A DNA stretch of 64,000 bases from Candidatus Multivoradales bacterium (GTDB lineage Bacteria; Acidobacteriota; Thermoanaerobaculia; Multivoradales; Multivoraceae). The position numbers and the translations under genes are program-made. The stretch is taken from the NCBI GenBank assembly GCA_965223325.1, contig CBDCWI010000002.1:768001-832000 (forward strand). Direction: 5' to 3'. Shown here piece after piece: positions 8,599 through 18,320 of the stretch; the first letter of the stretch is position 1; the number at the start of each line of letters is the position of its first letter. Under the pieces are notes generated by a model that searched no databases, had not been told where the DNA came from, and saw nothing but the letters and a program-made list of their open reading frames with translations.

Positions 8599-9840
8599 AT
8601 GAGCAAGCGACTCGGCATTGGCTTCGTTGGCAGCGGCTTTATCACCAAGTTCCACATCCGTTCCTTCGAGAGCGTGCGCTCGGCGGACGTCCTGGGGGTC
8701 TGGAGCCCCAACCACGAGCACGCCAGCGAGGCCGCTCAGTTGGCTAGTTCACTGGGAGTCGGCGAAGCCAGGGCCTTCTCGTCCCTGCGTGAAATGGCGA
8801 TGGCGCCGGAGATTGACGCCATCTGGCTGTGCGGGCCGAACCACCAACGCGTCCAGAACATGGAAGAGGTCGCGCTGTCACAAGAGGACGGCGCCCGCTT
8901 GATCGGGGTGGCGTGTGAGAAACCGCTCGGGCGGAATGTCGCTGAAGCCCGAAGGATGCTCGAGTTGGTGCGCGAGGCGGATCTTCTCGACGGCTACCTC
9001 GAGAACCAGGTCTTCTCTCCCGCCGTGGTGCGCGGGCACGAGTTGGCCTGGAGTCGCGGCGCCGCAACCAGTGGCCGCCCGTATCTGGCGCGCGCCGCCG
9101 AAGAGCACGCCGGCCCGCACGCTGCCTGGTTCTGGCAGGGTGACCTGCAAGGTGGCGGGGTGCTCAACGACATGATGTGTCACTCGGTTGAGGTGGCGCG
9201 CTACCTCCTCACCGCGCCCGGCGCGCCGCGCAACAGCATCACGCCGCGGCGCGTCAACGCTCAGATCCATTGCCTGAAATGGCAACGGCCCGCCTACGCG
9301 CAAGACCTCGCCGAGCGATTCGGTTCCAGCGTCGACTACCAGCAACGTCCGTCGGAAGACTTCGCGCGGGTGCTCGTCGAATACACCGGTGAGGAGGGCG
9401 AGCCATTGATCGTCGAGGCGACAACCTCCTGGAACTACGTCGGGCCCGGGCTGCGCCTGTCGATGGAGCTCCTCGGGCCCGAGTACTCGATGCAGGCGTC
9501 GAGTCTCGACACCGAGCTGCGGCTGTTTCTCGGGCGTGACCTCCAGCAGGCAACCGGGGAGGACCTGGTCGAGAAACAGAACGCCGAAACCGGGCTCATG
9601 CCCGTCTTGCCCGATGAGTCCGGCGCCTATGGCTACGACGCCGAGAACCGCCACATGGTGCAAAGCTTCCTCGCTCGGCAACGCCCTCGCGAGACGTTCG
9701 AGGACGGCCTTGCGGTCACCGAGCTCCTGATGGCCGCCTACAAGAGCGCCGAAGAGGGACGGCGGATCGATCTTCCCGTCGACGATCTCGAGGGCTTCCG
9801 TCCCGCAGTCGCCCAGGGCACATGGAAGCCCGGCAACTGA
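8599..9840 (+). CDS. Gfo/Idh/MocA family NAD(P)-dependent oxidoreductase
   Basis: GFVGSGFI Rossmann motif, CEKPLG, GGGVLNDMMCH. Confidence 0.9.
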   Translation: MSKRLGIGFVGSGFITKFHIRSFESVRSADVLGVWSPNHEHASEAAQLASSLGVGEARAFSSLREMAMAPEIDAIWLCGPNHQRVQNMEEVALSQEDGARLIGVACEKPLGRNVAEARRMLELVREADLLDGYLENQVFSPAVVRGHELAWSRGAATSGRPYLARAAEEHAGPHAAWFWQGDLQGGGVLNDMMCHSVEVARYLLTAPGAPRNSITPRRVNAQIHCLKWQRPAYAQDLAERFGSSVDYQQRPSEDFARVLVEYTGEEGEPLIVEATTSWNYVGPGLRLSMELLGPEYSMQASSLDTELRLFLGRDLQQATGEDLVEKQNAETGLMPVLPDESGAYGYDAENRHMVQSFLARQRPRETFEDGLAVTELLMAAYKSAEEGRRIDLPVDDLEGFRPAVAQGTWKPGN

Positions 9841-10382
9841 TCCTCGCCGGAACCGTCGCGGTGGCACTGGTGTCGGCGACCGCAGGCTGCAGCGACTCCC
9901 GTCGAATTGCGCCGTCTGCTGGTAGTTCGGGCGCGGCAGACTCCGTGCGGAGCGAGAGAGCCGGGCAGACCGTCTCGGAACGGCTCGAAGAGGAGACCCT
10001 CCACGAGACCAATCGTCACCGATCGGCGATCGGGCGCACCGCGCTGCCGCGCCACCCACAGCTAGACCAACTGGCGAGAGAACACAGCCGGTCGATGGCA
10101 GCGACAGGAAGCGTCAGTCACGACGGTTTCAAACGACGCTCTCAGGCTGCACGCCAAGCCATCGACGGCGTCGAGTCGTTCGCCGAGAATGTCGCGATGA
10201 GCGGCGGTGAAACACGGCCGGTGGTGCGAACCGTCGAGCGCTGGCTCGAAAGCCCCAGCCACCGCAGAAACCTCGACGATGACTGGAGTGTGACGGGTGT
10301 CGGAGTCGCCCACGATGCGCGCGGAGACACCTACTTCACCCAACTCTTTGCGCGCCTCCATCCCGAGTCGGCCAACAGGTGA
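9822..10382 (+). CDS. CAP/SCP domain lipoprotein
   Basis: Lipobox-like TAGC; NRHR, AREHSRSM, SH, AENVA, WLESPSHRRNL, GVGV, YFTQLF. Confidence 0.88.
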   Translation: MEARQLILAGTVAVALVSATAGCSDSRRIAPSAGSSGAADSVRSERAGQTVSERLEEETLHETNRHRSAIGRTALPRHPQLDQLAREHSRSMAATGSVSHDGFKRRSQAARQAIDGVESFAENVAMSGGETRPVVRTVERWLESPSHRRNLDDDWSVTGVGVAHDARGDTYFTQLFARLHPESANR

Positions 10383-11908
10383 CTGCGGAACGTCCGACAG
10401 GTGGCGCACCAGTGCGCCTGCCTTGGAACGATCGCCAGGCGCTCGCGGCCCTGGTCGTTCTCACGGCGCTCATTCTGCTCCTCTGGTCACCGAGCGCGCT
10501 GGTCAACGGAGACGACGCGATCTACTACCACCAGGCGCGCAACCTCGACTTCAGCGAGCGCACCGTGCACATTGGTTATCTCGTCCCGCTGGCTGCGGTC
10601 ACCGCGCCGCTCCCAGTGCTGCCCGACCGCATCATTCATCTCCTGCACGTACCGCTAGGCGTCGTCGCGGTTGCGCTGCTCTTCCTGATCGCCAGACGCC
10701 TCGACTGCAACACGACAGGTGCCTTCGTCGCGGCTCTCGGAGTCCCGCTCAGTCTCATCGCCGCAGCGCTCGGTCGCGCCGAGGTCGAGGCCGCGCTGCT
10801 GGCCGCCCTTCTGTTCGCGCTGTGGGCATGGCTCGCCGAGCATCCATGGTTTGCCGGCGCGGCGGCAGGGGTGGCGTTCCTGGTCTCGCCGTCGGCCCTC
10901 GTCCTGGCGCCGGCCTTCGCAGCGTTCAGGCCGCGCTGGCGACAGCTCATCCACTTCGCGGTTTCGTTCCTGGTGGTGAGCCTCGCCGGCATCTTGCCGG
11001 TCCAGCGTGACTGGTTTCATGGCCCTCGGGGCGTCCTGGCCGTAGGAGGCGAACGGCCCGGCTTGATGACCGTCGCCTCGAAGGAGGTCAGCGAGCTGCT
11101 TCTCGGCCCGGGCCTCCTGTTGCCTCTGGTCGCAATCGGCCTGCTGGCGATGGTCGCCAAGGGGAGGTACCGGCTGCCCCTTGCCGTCGCCGCCTGCGGC
11201 CTGGTCGGACTAGCCCTCGAAATGGCTCCCGATGTTGCCGTCCAACTTCCTACCTGGCTCCTGCTTTTTGTGGCAGCCGGGTTCGGTGTCGACCGGCTGC
11301 TTGACCCTCCGAGCCATCGCCGGTCGCGCCTTTTGCCAGTTGCCGCGACGTGCGGTGCGGCGCTCGTTATCGTCGTTCTCGTCCTGGCAAGAACCCGCTC
11401 CCTCACGCTAGACCGGGTTCCCATGCCGGTTTTCTGGATCGGCATGGCGGTGCTGCTCGTTGGCACTACCTCGAGCTGGGTTGCCAGAATCGAACACCCC
11501 CAGAGGGCGGCTGCTTCCGCCCTCCTCGCGGTTCTGACGGCTCACGGACTCATCTTCTTGACCGCGCTCAGCGAAGAGAACCGGGCGCTATCCGAACGAA
11601 AGAACGCGGTCACAAGAATGGCAGCCGAGGCCCGGGGCTCCTGGCGGGCTGTCGGGACCTGGACCAACACTGTGCTGCTCGAGCATTGGCTGTTCAACGG
11701 CTCAATCAGCGACGGGAATCGCGTCTTGCGAGCCCCGCTTGCACCGTCCGAGGCCAGGCGTCTGGAGGCCTGGATCAGCGAAGGACACCAGATCTGGCTC
11801 CTCGGTGAATTGCCTGAGGTTGCTTCGCGACTCGAGGAGGCGCGTGGGGCGCCCGAACCGCGGGGACCCTTTCTGGTGTTCGAGGGCCGCCGGCGCGCCA
11901 GCAATTGA
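10379..11908 (+). CDS. Polytopic membrane protein, GT-C (ArnT/PMT-like) glycosyltransferase-like
   Basis: More than 10 hydrophobic segments; acidic NGDDAIYY after TM1 followed by HIGY; GTGA overlap with the upstream CAP gene. Confidence 0.55.
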   Translation: MTAERPTGGAPVRLPWNDRQALAALVVLTALILLLWSPSALVNGDDAIYYHQARNLDFSERTVHIGYLVPLAAVTAPLPVLPDRIIHLLHVPLGVVAVALLFLIARRLDCNTTGAFVAALGVPLSLIAAALGRAEVEAALLAALLFALWAWLAEHPWFAGAAAGVAFLVSPSALVLAPAFAAFRPRWRQLIHFAVSFLVVSLAGILPVQRDWFHGPRGVLAVGGERPGLMTVASKEVSELLLGPGLLLPLVAIGLLAMVAKGRYRLPLAVAACGLVGLALEMAPDVAVQLPTWLLLFVAAGFGVDRLLDPPSHRRSRLLPVAATCGAALVIVVLVLARTRSLTLDRVPMPVFWIGMAVLLVGTTSSWVARIEHPQRAAASALLAVLTAHGLIFLTALSEENRALSERKNAVTRMAAEARGSWRAVGTWTNTVLLEHWLFNGSISDGNRVLRAPLAPSEARRLEAWISEGHQIWLLGELPEVASRLEEARGAPEPRGPFLVFEGRRRASN

Positions 11909-12227
11909 ATCGAGAGGGCAACTCCACCTCCTCCGGACTCCACAGGGAGTCAGCGCAACAGGGTCCTCCAGACCTGATCGCCTTTTCTCCCGCCTGCCTG
12001 CCCGGAGCCCCGTGGTGTCTTTTGAAACTCCCCCTACGACCCCCAACAACCTGCACGCCACCGGTGTCCGGCCACCGATTCACCCAGCCAAGACTCCAAC
12101 ACGGCTGCCGCTCTTTCTAGCGCCCTCGCCAATGACCACTACGACGGCGTAAGCGGTCCGCGGTGCGGGCCGGCTGACTCGGCACTCGCCCTGCACTTGC
12201 CCTCTCTGACTTCGATCAACGTGCGCG

Positions 12228-13133
12228 TCAGGGAGGCGCCTTGCAGAGCCGGGGGGACGCGATCTTTCCCAGGTTTGCGGTAACGCTCTCGTCGAAATGC
12301 ACGTCGACCTGCGGGAAGGCGATCGTGATCTCAGCTTCCTCGAGAGCCCACCAGATGGCCTCGCGCAGGTCCGACTGGCGCTTCCGGCTGTTCCAGGGAT
12401 CTTCGATCCAGACTGAGGCCTCGAAGTCGACCGATGAGGCACCGAAGTCGGCGAGCAGGAGGACTGGCTCCCTCTTCTTCGATCGCCATGCGAGACCGCT
12501 GAGGGACTTCTCGATGACCTTCCGCACCTGCCGCATGTCCGAGCTGTACTCGACTCCCACCACGACACGTAGCCTGTAGAGGCGGTCCCGCAGGGTGAAG
12601 TTCTTCACCGTCGACTGCACCAGCATCGAGTTGGGCAGCACCAGGTCCTCGTCGTTCAGGGTGCGCACGACGGTCGCCCGGATCCCCATGTCGGTCACTC
12701 GGACCACCTGGTCATCGACCTGGAGAACGTCGCCAGGCTTGATGACTCGCTCAGCGAGCAGAATCACGCCGGAAATGAAATTGGCAACGATGTTCTGCAT
12801 CGCGAAACCCATCGCGACGGCGAAGAAGGCGCCGGCGGCGAACAGGGCGCTGAGATCGATGCCAATGTTGTGAACTCCGGCACTGATGCCGACGACCAGG
12901 ATCATGTAGCGCAGGAGCCGGCTGATGACTCCAGCGGTGCCTTCGTCTTTGGCGCCGCGACGCACCAACATGCGCTCCGACGCGCGCTGCAAGAAGCCCG
13001 CGAACCAGAAGGTGACGACAACGATCGCGGCGAAGACGAGGAGAGTCGAGCCGGTGATCGAAGTGCCTGAAAATGAAAACAGCTCGGTCGCGAGCATCTC
13101 TCGCGCTCGAGTGAGGAACTCCTGCCAGTTCAA
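12228..13133 (-). CDS. mscS: Small-conductance mechanosensitive channel
   Basis: 3 TMs; GFAMQNIVANFISG, IKPGDVL, IRATVVRT, LPNS, VGVEYSSD, FGASSVDF, IAFPQVDVH. Confidence 0.92.
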   Translation of the reverse strand: MNWQEFLTRAREMLATELFSFSGTSITGSTLLVFAAIVVVTFWFAGFLQRASERMLVRRGAKDEGTAGVISRLLRYMILVVGISAGVHNIGIDLSALFAAGAFFAVAMGFAMQNIVANFISGVILLAERVIKPGDVLQVDDQVVRVTDMGIRATVVRTLNDEDLVLPNSMLVQSTVKNFTLRDRLYRLRVVVGVEYSSDMRQVRKVIEKSLSGLAWRSKKREPVLLLADFGASSVDFEASVWIEDPWNSRKRQSDLREAIWWALEEAEITIAFPQVDVHFDESVTANLGKIASPRLCKAPP

Positions 13134-13184
13134 AGGAGCGACCGCAAAGGCGAAGCGACACCAACCAACGAAGCGACCACCCGC

Positions 13185-14588
13185 CTACTGGGCGTCGCTG
13201 TTGGTGATGCGATAGAGGTGGTTTCGGGTGCGGATGACGAGACTTCCCTGCGCAATCGCGGGAGTCGCCATGGCCATTTCGTCGAGGGCATTGGTGCCGA
13301 TGACTTCGAAGTCCTGCGCCGGATCGATGACGTAGGTGTCGCCGTCTTCACTGAGGACGAAGATGAGGCCGTTGTAGGTCCAGGGTGATGCGGTGAAGGC
13401 GCCGGAACCGCGCCCGATGCGCCGGCGGGCTTCTTTGTTCTTCTTCTGGTCGTCGGTGAAGTAGAGCTCCTCGCCGGTCTTGGCGTTGTGCACGGTGTAG
13501 AGACCGCGATCGAGCAACGTGAAGTACCAGTCGCCGAGGACCAGCGGGGTTGGGTTGTATGGCCCGGCGTCAGGCTGGTACCAGGCGATGTACTCACTCT
13601 CGGTCTCGCCCTCGGCAAGGGTGATGTCGCCCTGCGCTCCCGGCTTGACCGCCCACACGGGGCGGACCTTGTCGCCGATGTAGCCCGAGGCGACATAGAG
13701 CAGACCGTGTGCGGTGTAGGGCTGCGGAATGGTGATCGACGACATGCCGGTGAACGACCACAGGAGCTGGCCCTCGAGGTCGTAAGAACGCACCTCGTCG
13801 GTGCCGGGAGTGATCAGCTCGGTGCGTTGGGCGTTCTCCCAGACGTAGGGAGTCGCCCAGTTGCTGCCCTCTTCACGCTCTACGCGCCACTGCTGTTTGC
13901 CGGTCTTCTTGTCGAGCGCCAGCAGCCATGACTGGTCTTCGTTGTCGTTGACCAGGAACAAGAGGTCTTCGAACAGCAGCGGTGACGCGGCGGTACCCCA
14001 TCCGAACCGCGTCTTGACGACTTCGAAACGCTTCTCCCACACCGGCTCGCCGGCGTGGGTGAGCGCGAAGACCCCGAGGTTGCCAAAGTAGGCATAGACG
14101 CGTTCGCCGTCGACCACCGGCGTTTCGGAGGCGAACGAGTTCTTGATGTGGCGCGGGAACTCTGGCGCCGCCTTATGCACCTCGCGCTCCCAGAGCTTGG
14201 CGCCAGTCTCGAAATCAAAGGCATAGACCAACCATCGGTGCTCGTTCTCGGGTGGCTCGAGACGGTTGCCGCCGAAGTAGAGACCCTTCTTGGGCTCTTC
14301 CTCCTCGCCACTCGAAATCACCGTGGTCACGAAGATGCGGTTTCCCCACACCACCGGCGACGACCACCCCAGGCCCGGAACTTCGGCCTTCCAGACGACG
14401 TTCTCAGTCGTGCTCCAGGTCGTGGGTAGGCGCGCATCATCGGCGGCCGCGCTCATAGAGTCGGCGCCGCGGAAGGCCGGCCAGTTCTCAGACGACTCGT
14501 TGCCGGCTGCGACGAGTACCGGCGCGGCGAGGGCAAGCAGGAGAACGGCCAGAAGCGTCGGTCGATCAGAAGAAAGAAAATGTCGCAT
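13185..14588 (-). CDS. Secreted PQQ-binding-like (BamB-like) beta-propeller protein
   Basis: Signal peptide; NWPAFRG, GLGWSSPVVW, ASETPV, WGTAASP, WATP, FTASP, MATPAI repeats. Confidence 0.88.
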   Translation of the reverse strand: MRHFLSSDRPTLLAVLLLALAAPVLVAAGNESSENWPAFRGADSMSAAADDARLPTTWSTTENVVWKAEVPGLGWSSPVVWGNRIFVTTVISSGEEEEPKKGLYFGGNRLEPPENEHRWLVYAFDFETGAKLWEREVHKAAPEFPRHIKNSFASETPVVDGERVYAYFGNLGVFALTHAGEPVWEKRFEVVKTRFGWGTAASPLLFEDLLFLVNDNEDQSWLLALDKKTGKQQWRVEREEGSNWATPYVWENAQRTELITPGTDEVRSYDLEGQLLWSFTGMSSITIPQPYTAHGLLYVASGYIGDKVRPVWAVKPGAQGDITLAEGETESEYIAWYQPDAGPYNPTPLVLGDWYFTLLDRGLYTVHNAKTGEELYFTDDQKKNKEARRRIGRGSGAFTASPWTYNGLIFVLSEDGDTYVIDPAQDFEVIGTNALDEMAMATPAIAQGSLVIRTRNHLYRITNSDAQ

Positions 14589-14782
14589 AGCGGAACTCCG
14601 AAGTGTCGTGTCGGCGGGATCCTGGTGCTCGAGAATCGCGAGAACGCACGATAGCACCGCCCTCGGTCGCGCCATCGCTCTCCCGCCCGTGATCGTCGAT
14701 TCCGGCGCCGCCTATGACGGTGTACGATGCGCCTTCCCCTACCAAACAATGCGCTCTAACCCTGGCGCTAGCGAGGCTGTTC

Positions 14783-16876
14783 ATGGCACAGATCACCGAA
14801 AGTGTACGTCTGGATCAACAAGGACGCGTCGGCGTCTTGGCGATCAACAATCCCCCTGTCAATGCGCTCTCGTTTCACGTGCGTCAGGGCCTGCTCGAAG
14901 GCATTCAGAAGGCCAACGCCGACGATTCGATCGAAGCCGTGGTGCTGATCTGTGACGGACGGACGTTCATCGCCGGGGCCGACATCCGCGAGTTTGGCCA
15001 GCCCCCCAAGGAGCCGAGCCTGACCGCTCCGCTGGATGAGATCGAGAACTCGGGCAAGCCAGTGATCGCGGCGATTCATGGCACGGCTCTCGGAGGTGGT
15101 CTCGAGACCGCCCTCTGCTGCCATTACCGGGTCGCCGTTCCGGCCGCCAAACTCGGTCTGCCCGAAGTGAAACTCGGTCTTTTGCCCGGTGCCGGTGGCA
15201 CGCAGCGCCTGCCACGTGTAGTCGGGGTCAAGAAGGCGCTTCTGATGATGACCTCGGGCAACCCGATCGGCGCTCCTGAGGCGGCCGAGCATGGGTTGGT
15301 CGATCGCGTGATCGAAGGTGGGCATGACGCGTTGCTGGCGGGCGCGGTCGCCTTCGCCGAACACGTGCTCGAAGAGAATCTGCCGCTGGTCAAGATCCGT
15401 GACCGCGAGGATGGCCTAGCGGAGGCACGCTCCGACCCCAACATCTTCGACGAGTTCCGTCGCAAAATCGCGCGCAAGACGCGCGGCTTCCTGGCGCCCG
15501 AGTACAACATTCGCTGCATCGAAGCAGCGGTTTCGAAGCCCTTCGATGAAGGCTTGAAGATCGAGCGTGAACTGTTTGCAGAACTGATGGGCGGCACGCA
15601 GTCGAAGGCGCAGCGCTACTACTTCTTCGCTGAGCGTGAGGCCTCGCGCATTCCCGACGTCCCCAAAGACACGCCGCGCATCGACATCGCCTCAGCGGGT
15701 GTGCTTGGTTGCGGGACGATGGGCGGCGGCATCGCGATGAACTTCGCCAACGCGGGGATTCCGGTGACCGTCGTCGAGCGCGACCAGGAGTCAATCGATC
15801 GTGGGTTCGCCGTGATTCGCAAGAACTACGAGCGCTCGGTCAAGAGCGGCCGCCTGACGATGGAAGACGTCGACAAGCTGATGAGCCTGATCAAAGGTTC
15901 GGTCGACCGCGAAGACTTTGGCGCGGCAGATGTTGTTGTCGAGGCGGTCTTCGAGGACATGGAGCTCAAGCAGAACGTCTTCCGCGACCTCGACCGGATC
16001 TGCAAGCCAGAGGCGCTCTTGTGTTCGAACACCTCGGCCCTCGACGTCAACGAGATAGCCGCCGTCACCGAGCGCCCGGAGTCGGTGATCGGCATGCACT
16101 TCTTCAGCCCTGCCAACGTGATGCGACTGGTCGAGGTGGTGCGTGGCGAGAAGAGCTCGGCGACCACCATCGCAACGTCGATGGACCTGTCGAAGCGGCT
16201 CAAGAAGATTCCGGTGCTGGTTGGGGTGTGCCGTGGCTTCGTCGGCAACCGCATGCTCTTCCAGCGTCGCATCGAAGCCGACAAGCTCATCATGGAAGGC
16301 GCTCTGCCCTGGGACGTCGACCGGGTCGTCGAAGATTTCGGCTTCCCCATGGGACCGTACCGAATGAGCGACCTGGCGGGACTCGACATCGGGTGGAACG
16401 CCGAGACGTCATCGAGCAGTACCATTCGCGAGGTGCTGTGCGAGCGCGGGCGGCGCGGCCAGAAGACCGGTAAGGGCTACTACATCTACGACGCTGAGAC
16501 GCGCGCCGCCGCACCCGATCCTGAGACCGAAGAGATCGTGCTCGAGTTCTCGAAGAAAGGGGGGCACGAGCGCCGTGAAATCGGTGACGAGGAGATCCTC
16601 GCCCGCTGCCTCTACCCGATGGTCAACGAGGGAGCGAAGATCCTCGAAGAGGGCATCGCGATTCGCGCCAGCGACATCGACGTCATTTGGGTCAACGGCT
16701 ACGGCTGGCCGGTCTACCGCGGCGGGCCGATGTTTTGGGCCGACACCATCGGGCTCGAGAAGATCGTCGCGACCTACGACGAGTACAGAGAGCAGCACGG
16801 CGGTGACCACTGGCAGGCCGCCGATCTGATGCGCAACCTGGCCGCCGAGGGCAAGGGCTTCACCGGCGCCCTCTAG
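14783..16876 (+). CDS. Enoyl-CoA hydratase / 3-hydroxyacyl-CoA dehydrogenase multifunctional enzyme (FadB/FadJ-like)
   Basis: NPPVNAL, FIAGADI, ALGGGLE, LPEVKLGLLPGAGGTQRLPR; GCGTMGGGIA, EAVFE, SNTS, GMHFFSPA, GFVGNR. Confidence 0.95.
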   Translation: MAQITESVRLDQQGRVGVLAINNPPVNALSFHVRQGLLEGIQKANADDSIEAVVLICDGRTFIAGADIREFGQPPKEPSLTAPLDEIENSGKPVIAAIHGTALGGGLETALCCHYRVAVPAAKLGLPEVKLGLLPGAGGTQRLPRVVGVKKALLMMTSGNPIGAPEAAEHGLVDRVIEGGHDALLAGAVAFAEHVLEENLPLVKIRDREDGLAEARSDPNIFDEFRRKIARKTRGFLAPEYNIRCIEAAVSKPFDEGLKIERELFAELMGGTQSKAQRYYFFAEREASRIPDVPKDTPRIDIASAGVLGCGTMGGGIAMNFANAGIPVTVVERDQESIDRGFAVIRKNYERSVKSGRLTMEDVDKLMSLIKGSVDREDFGAADVVVEAVFEDMELKQNVFRDLDRICKPEALLCSNTSALDVNEIAAVTERPESVIGMHFFSPANVMRLVEVVRGEKSSATTIATSMDLSKRLKKIPVLVGVCRGFVGNRMLFQRRIEADKLIMEGALPWDVDRVVEDFGFPMGPYRMSDLAGLDIGWNAETSSSSTIREVLCERGRRGQKTGKGYYIYDAETRAAAPDPETEEIVLEFSKKGGHERREIGDEEILARCLYPMVNEGAKILEEGIAIRASDIDVIWVNGYGWPVYRGGPMFWADTIGLEKIVATYDEYREQHGGDHWQAADLMRNLAAEGKGFTGAL

Positions 16877-16901
16877 ACCACAGACACCCTTGGCACCGCG
16901 C

Positions 16902-16996
16902 GCCCCCCGCCCCCCGGAGCCAGTCGGGGGGACTTTCCCGCCACAATCCATGGGCCGCGCCGCGCTGGCCGGTCTGGCCAGTCGGGGGGACTTTTC
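16902..16996 (+). repeat. Left REP-like repeats (two direct copies)
   Basis: GCCAGTCGGGGGGACTTT at 16919-16936 and 16977-16994; the first can fold CCCCCCG/CGGGGGG. Confidence 0.8.
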
Positions 16997-17085
16997 GGCC
17001 GCGGGTGGCGGTTCGCGAAAGCTCGTATTTCGGCCCGGTTTTTCCTTCCTGTAGGGCTGCGCAGGCGTTTTGCGTCCCATGTCAC

Positions 17086-18045
17086 ATGGGAGCAAAACCG
17101 AGATACGTACCAAACTCCGACCGCGGGTGGGAACCAGTCATGCTCACCGCCCGCATTACGAACGGCACCTTCCTGCTCAAGCCCGACTCTGAGCAGCGAA
17201 ACATCATCAACGGCATCATCGGCCGCGCACAGCGCAAGACCGAGACCCTTATCTACTGCGTCGACTACCAGGTCAATCATCATCACTTCCTCGTCGGCGT
17301 CCGCGACGCCCAGCAGATGGCGGACTTCATGTACCGCGTCCAGCACCAGACGAGCGTCGAGATCCGCATCCGTCACGGCTGGAAGGGCCCGAAGTGGGAA
17401 AGGCCCTACCGACCCTGCTTCACCGGCCGCGACCCGGCCGATGTCGTCAAGCGCTTCCGCTATATCCTGGCGCAGGGGTGTGCCGCAGGCCTGGTGTCCT
17501 CACCTCTGAAGTGGCCAGGTGTGACCGTCGCCCGGGCCCTGTGGGAGGGGAAGCTCGAGCTCGAAGGCGAGTGGGTCGACCACACGGCGTACAGCCGGGC
17601 GAAACGGACGAAGGCGGGTCGTCGGCTGACGAAGAAAGACTTCACCAAGAAAGAGACGGTGGTTCTGTCCAAGCTACCGGGCATGGAAGACCTGAGCGAT
17701 GAGGCCTACTGCGAGTGGGGGCGCGAGATGATTCGCGGTATCGAGCGAGAGACTCTAGCGCGCCACCAGCGAGAGAAAACGAAGCCGCTCGGCCAGTGGA
17801 AGATCGCTCGCATGAGTCCCTTGAGGACTCCGGTGAAGATGGCTCTCGGGCCTTGTCCGCTGGTGATCGCCAGCAACAAGGAGGAGCAGCAACGGCTCTT
17901 GTCTGCCTTTGACTGGGTGTGGAGGGCGCACCGGCTGGCACGGGACCGTCAGCGGGCGGGCGAGCGCGATGTGGTGTTTCCTGAAGGTACGTTTCCGAGT
18001 CCCTTGCCTTTCGAAACGGTGCAGGCGCTACGTGCCGGGCCCTGA
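17086..18045 (+). CDS. REP-associated tyrosine transposase (RAYT, Y1 HUH family), long form
   Basis: LTARITNGTFLL, HUH motif NHHH, WKGPKWERPY, catalytic-Tyr region RYIL, GLVSSPLKWP, C-terminal FPEGTF. Confidence 0.82.
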   Translation: MGAKPRYVPNSDRGWEPVMLTARITNGTFLLKPDSEQRNIINGIIGRAQRKTETLIYCVDYQVNHHHFLVGVRDAQQMADFMYRVQHQTSVEIRIRHGWKGPKWERPYRPCFTGRDPADVVKRFRYILAQGCAAGLVSSPLKWPGVTVARALWEGKLELEGEWVDHTAYSRAKRTKAGRRLTKKDFTKKETVVLSKLPGMEDLSDEAYCEWGREMIRGIERETLARHQREKTKPLGQWKIARMSPLRTPVKMALGPCPLVIASNKEEQQRLLSAFDWVWRAHRLARDRQRAGERDVVFPEGTFPSPLPFETVQALRAGP

Positions 18046-18244
18046 GTTAGAGCGCTAGTCAGGTAGGCGAAGAGGGACCGCCCAGGAGGCCCGTGGAGAT
18101 GCGGGCCCGGCGGAGCTGTGTCTGCGTGGGGGGAAGAGTCGTGCAAGGTGGCTGGCGCAGCGTTTGGGAGGGCCAAAAGGGGGTCCTGAGGGGCAAATCG
18201 GGTGGGCAGCGGCACCGCCAGGCGCCGCCGCAGCCGCAGCGCCC

Positions 18245-18320
18245 GGAAACTCCCCCCGACTGTTGGGGGGTGGTTCGGGGTTCGGAAAGTCCCCCCGAAT
18301 GGGATGGCGGGGCGGGGGGC
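18245..18320 (-). repeat. Right REP-like repeats (two copies, inverted relative to the left pair)
   Basis: GGAAACTCCCCCCGACTG (18245-18262) and GGAAAGTCCCCCCGAATGG (18284-18302), both within local hairpins. Confidence 0.8.

Larger units (their letters stand above)
16902..18320. mobile_element. RAYT-type element: tyrosine transposase gene bounded by nested imperfect inverted repeats
   Basis: 37-bp outer inverted repeat, 16902-16938 vs 18284-18320 (31/37 identical); inner copies at 16977-16994 and 18245-18262; lies between two convergent stop codons. Confidence 0.7.

Noticed and set aside
18284-18300. RNase P RNA (GGAAAGTCC)
   Set aside because: The motif is part of the RAYT repeat, and no other RNase P conserved regions are present.
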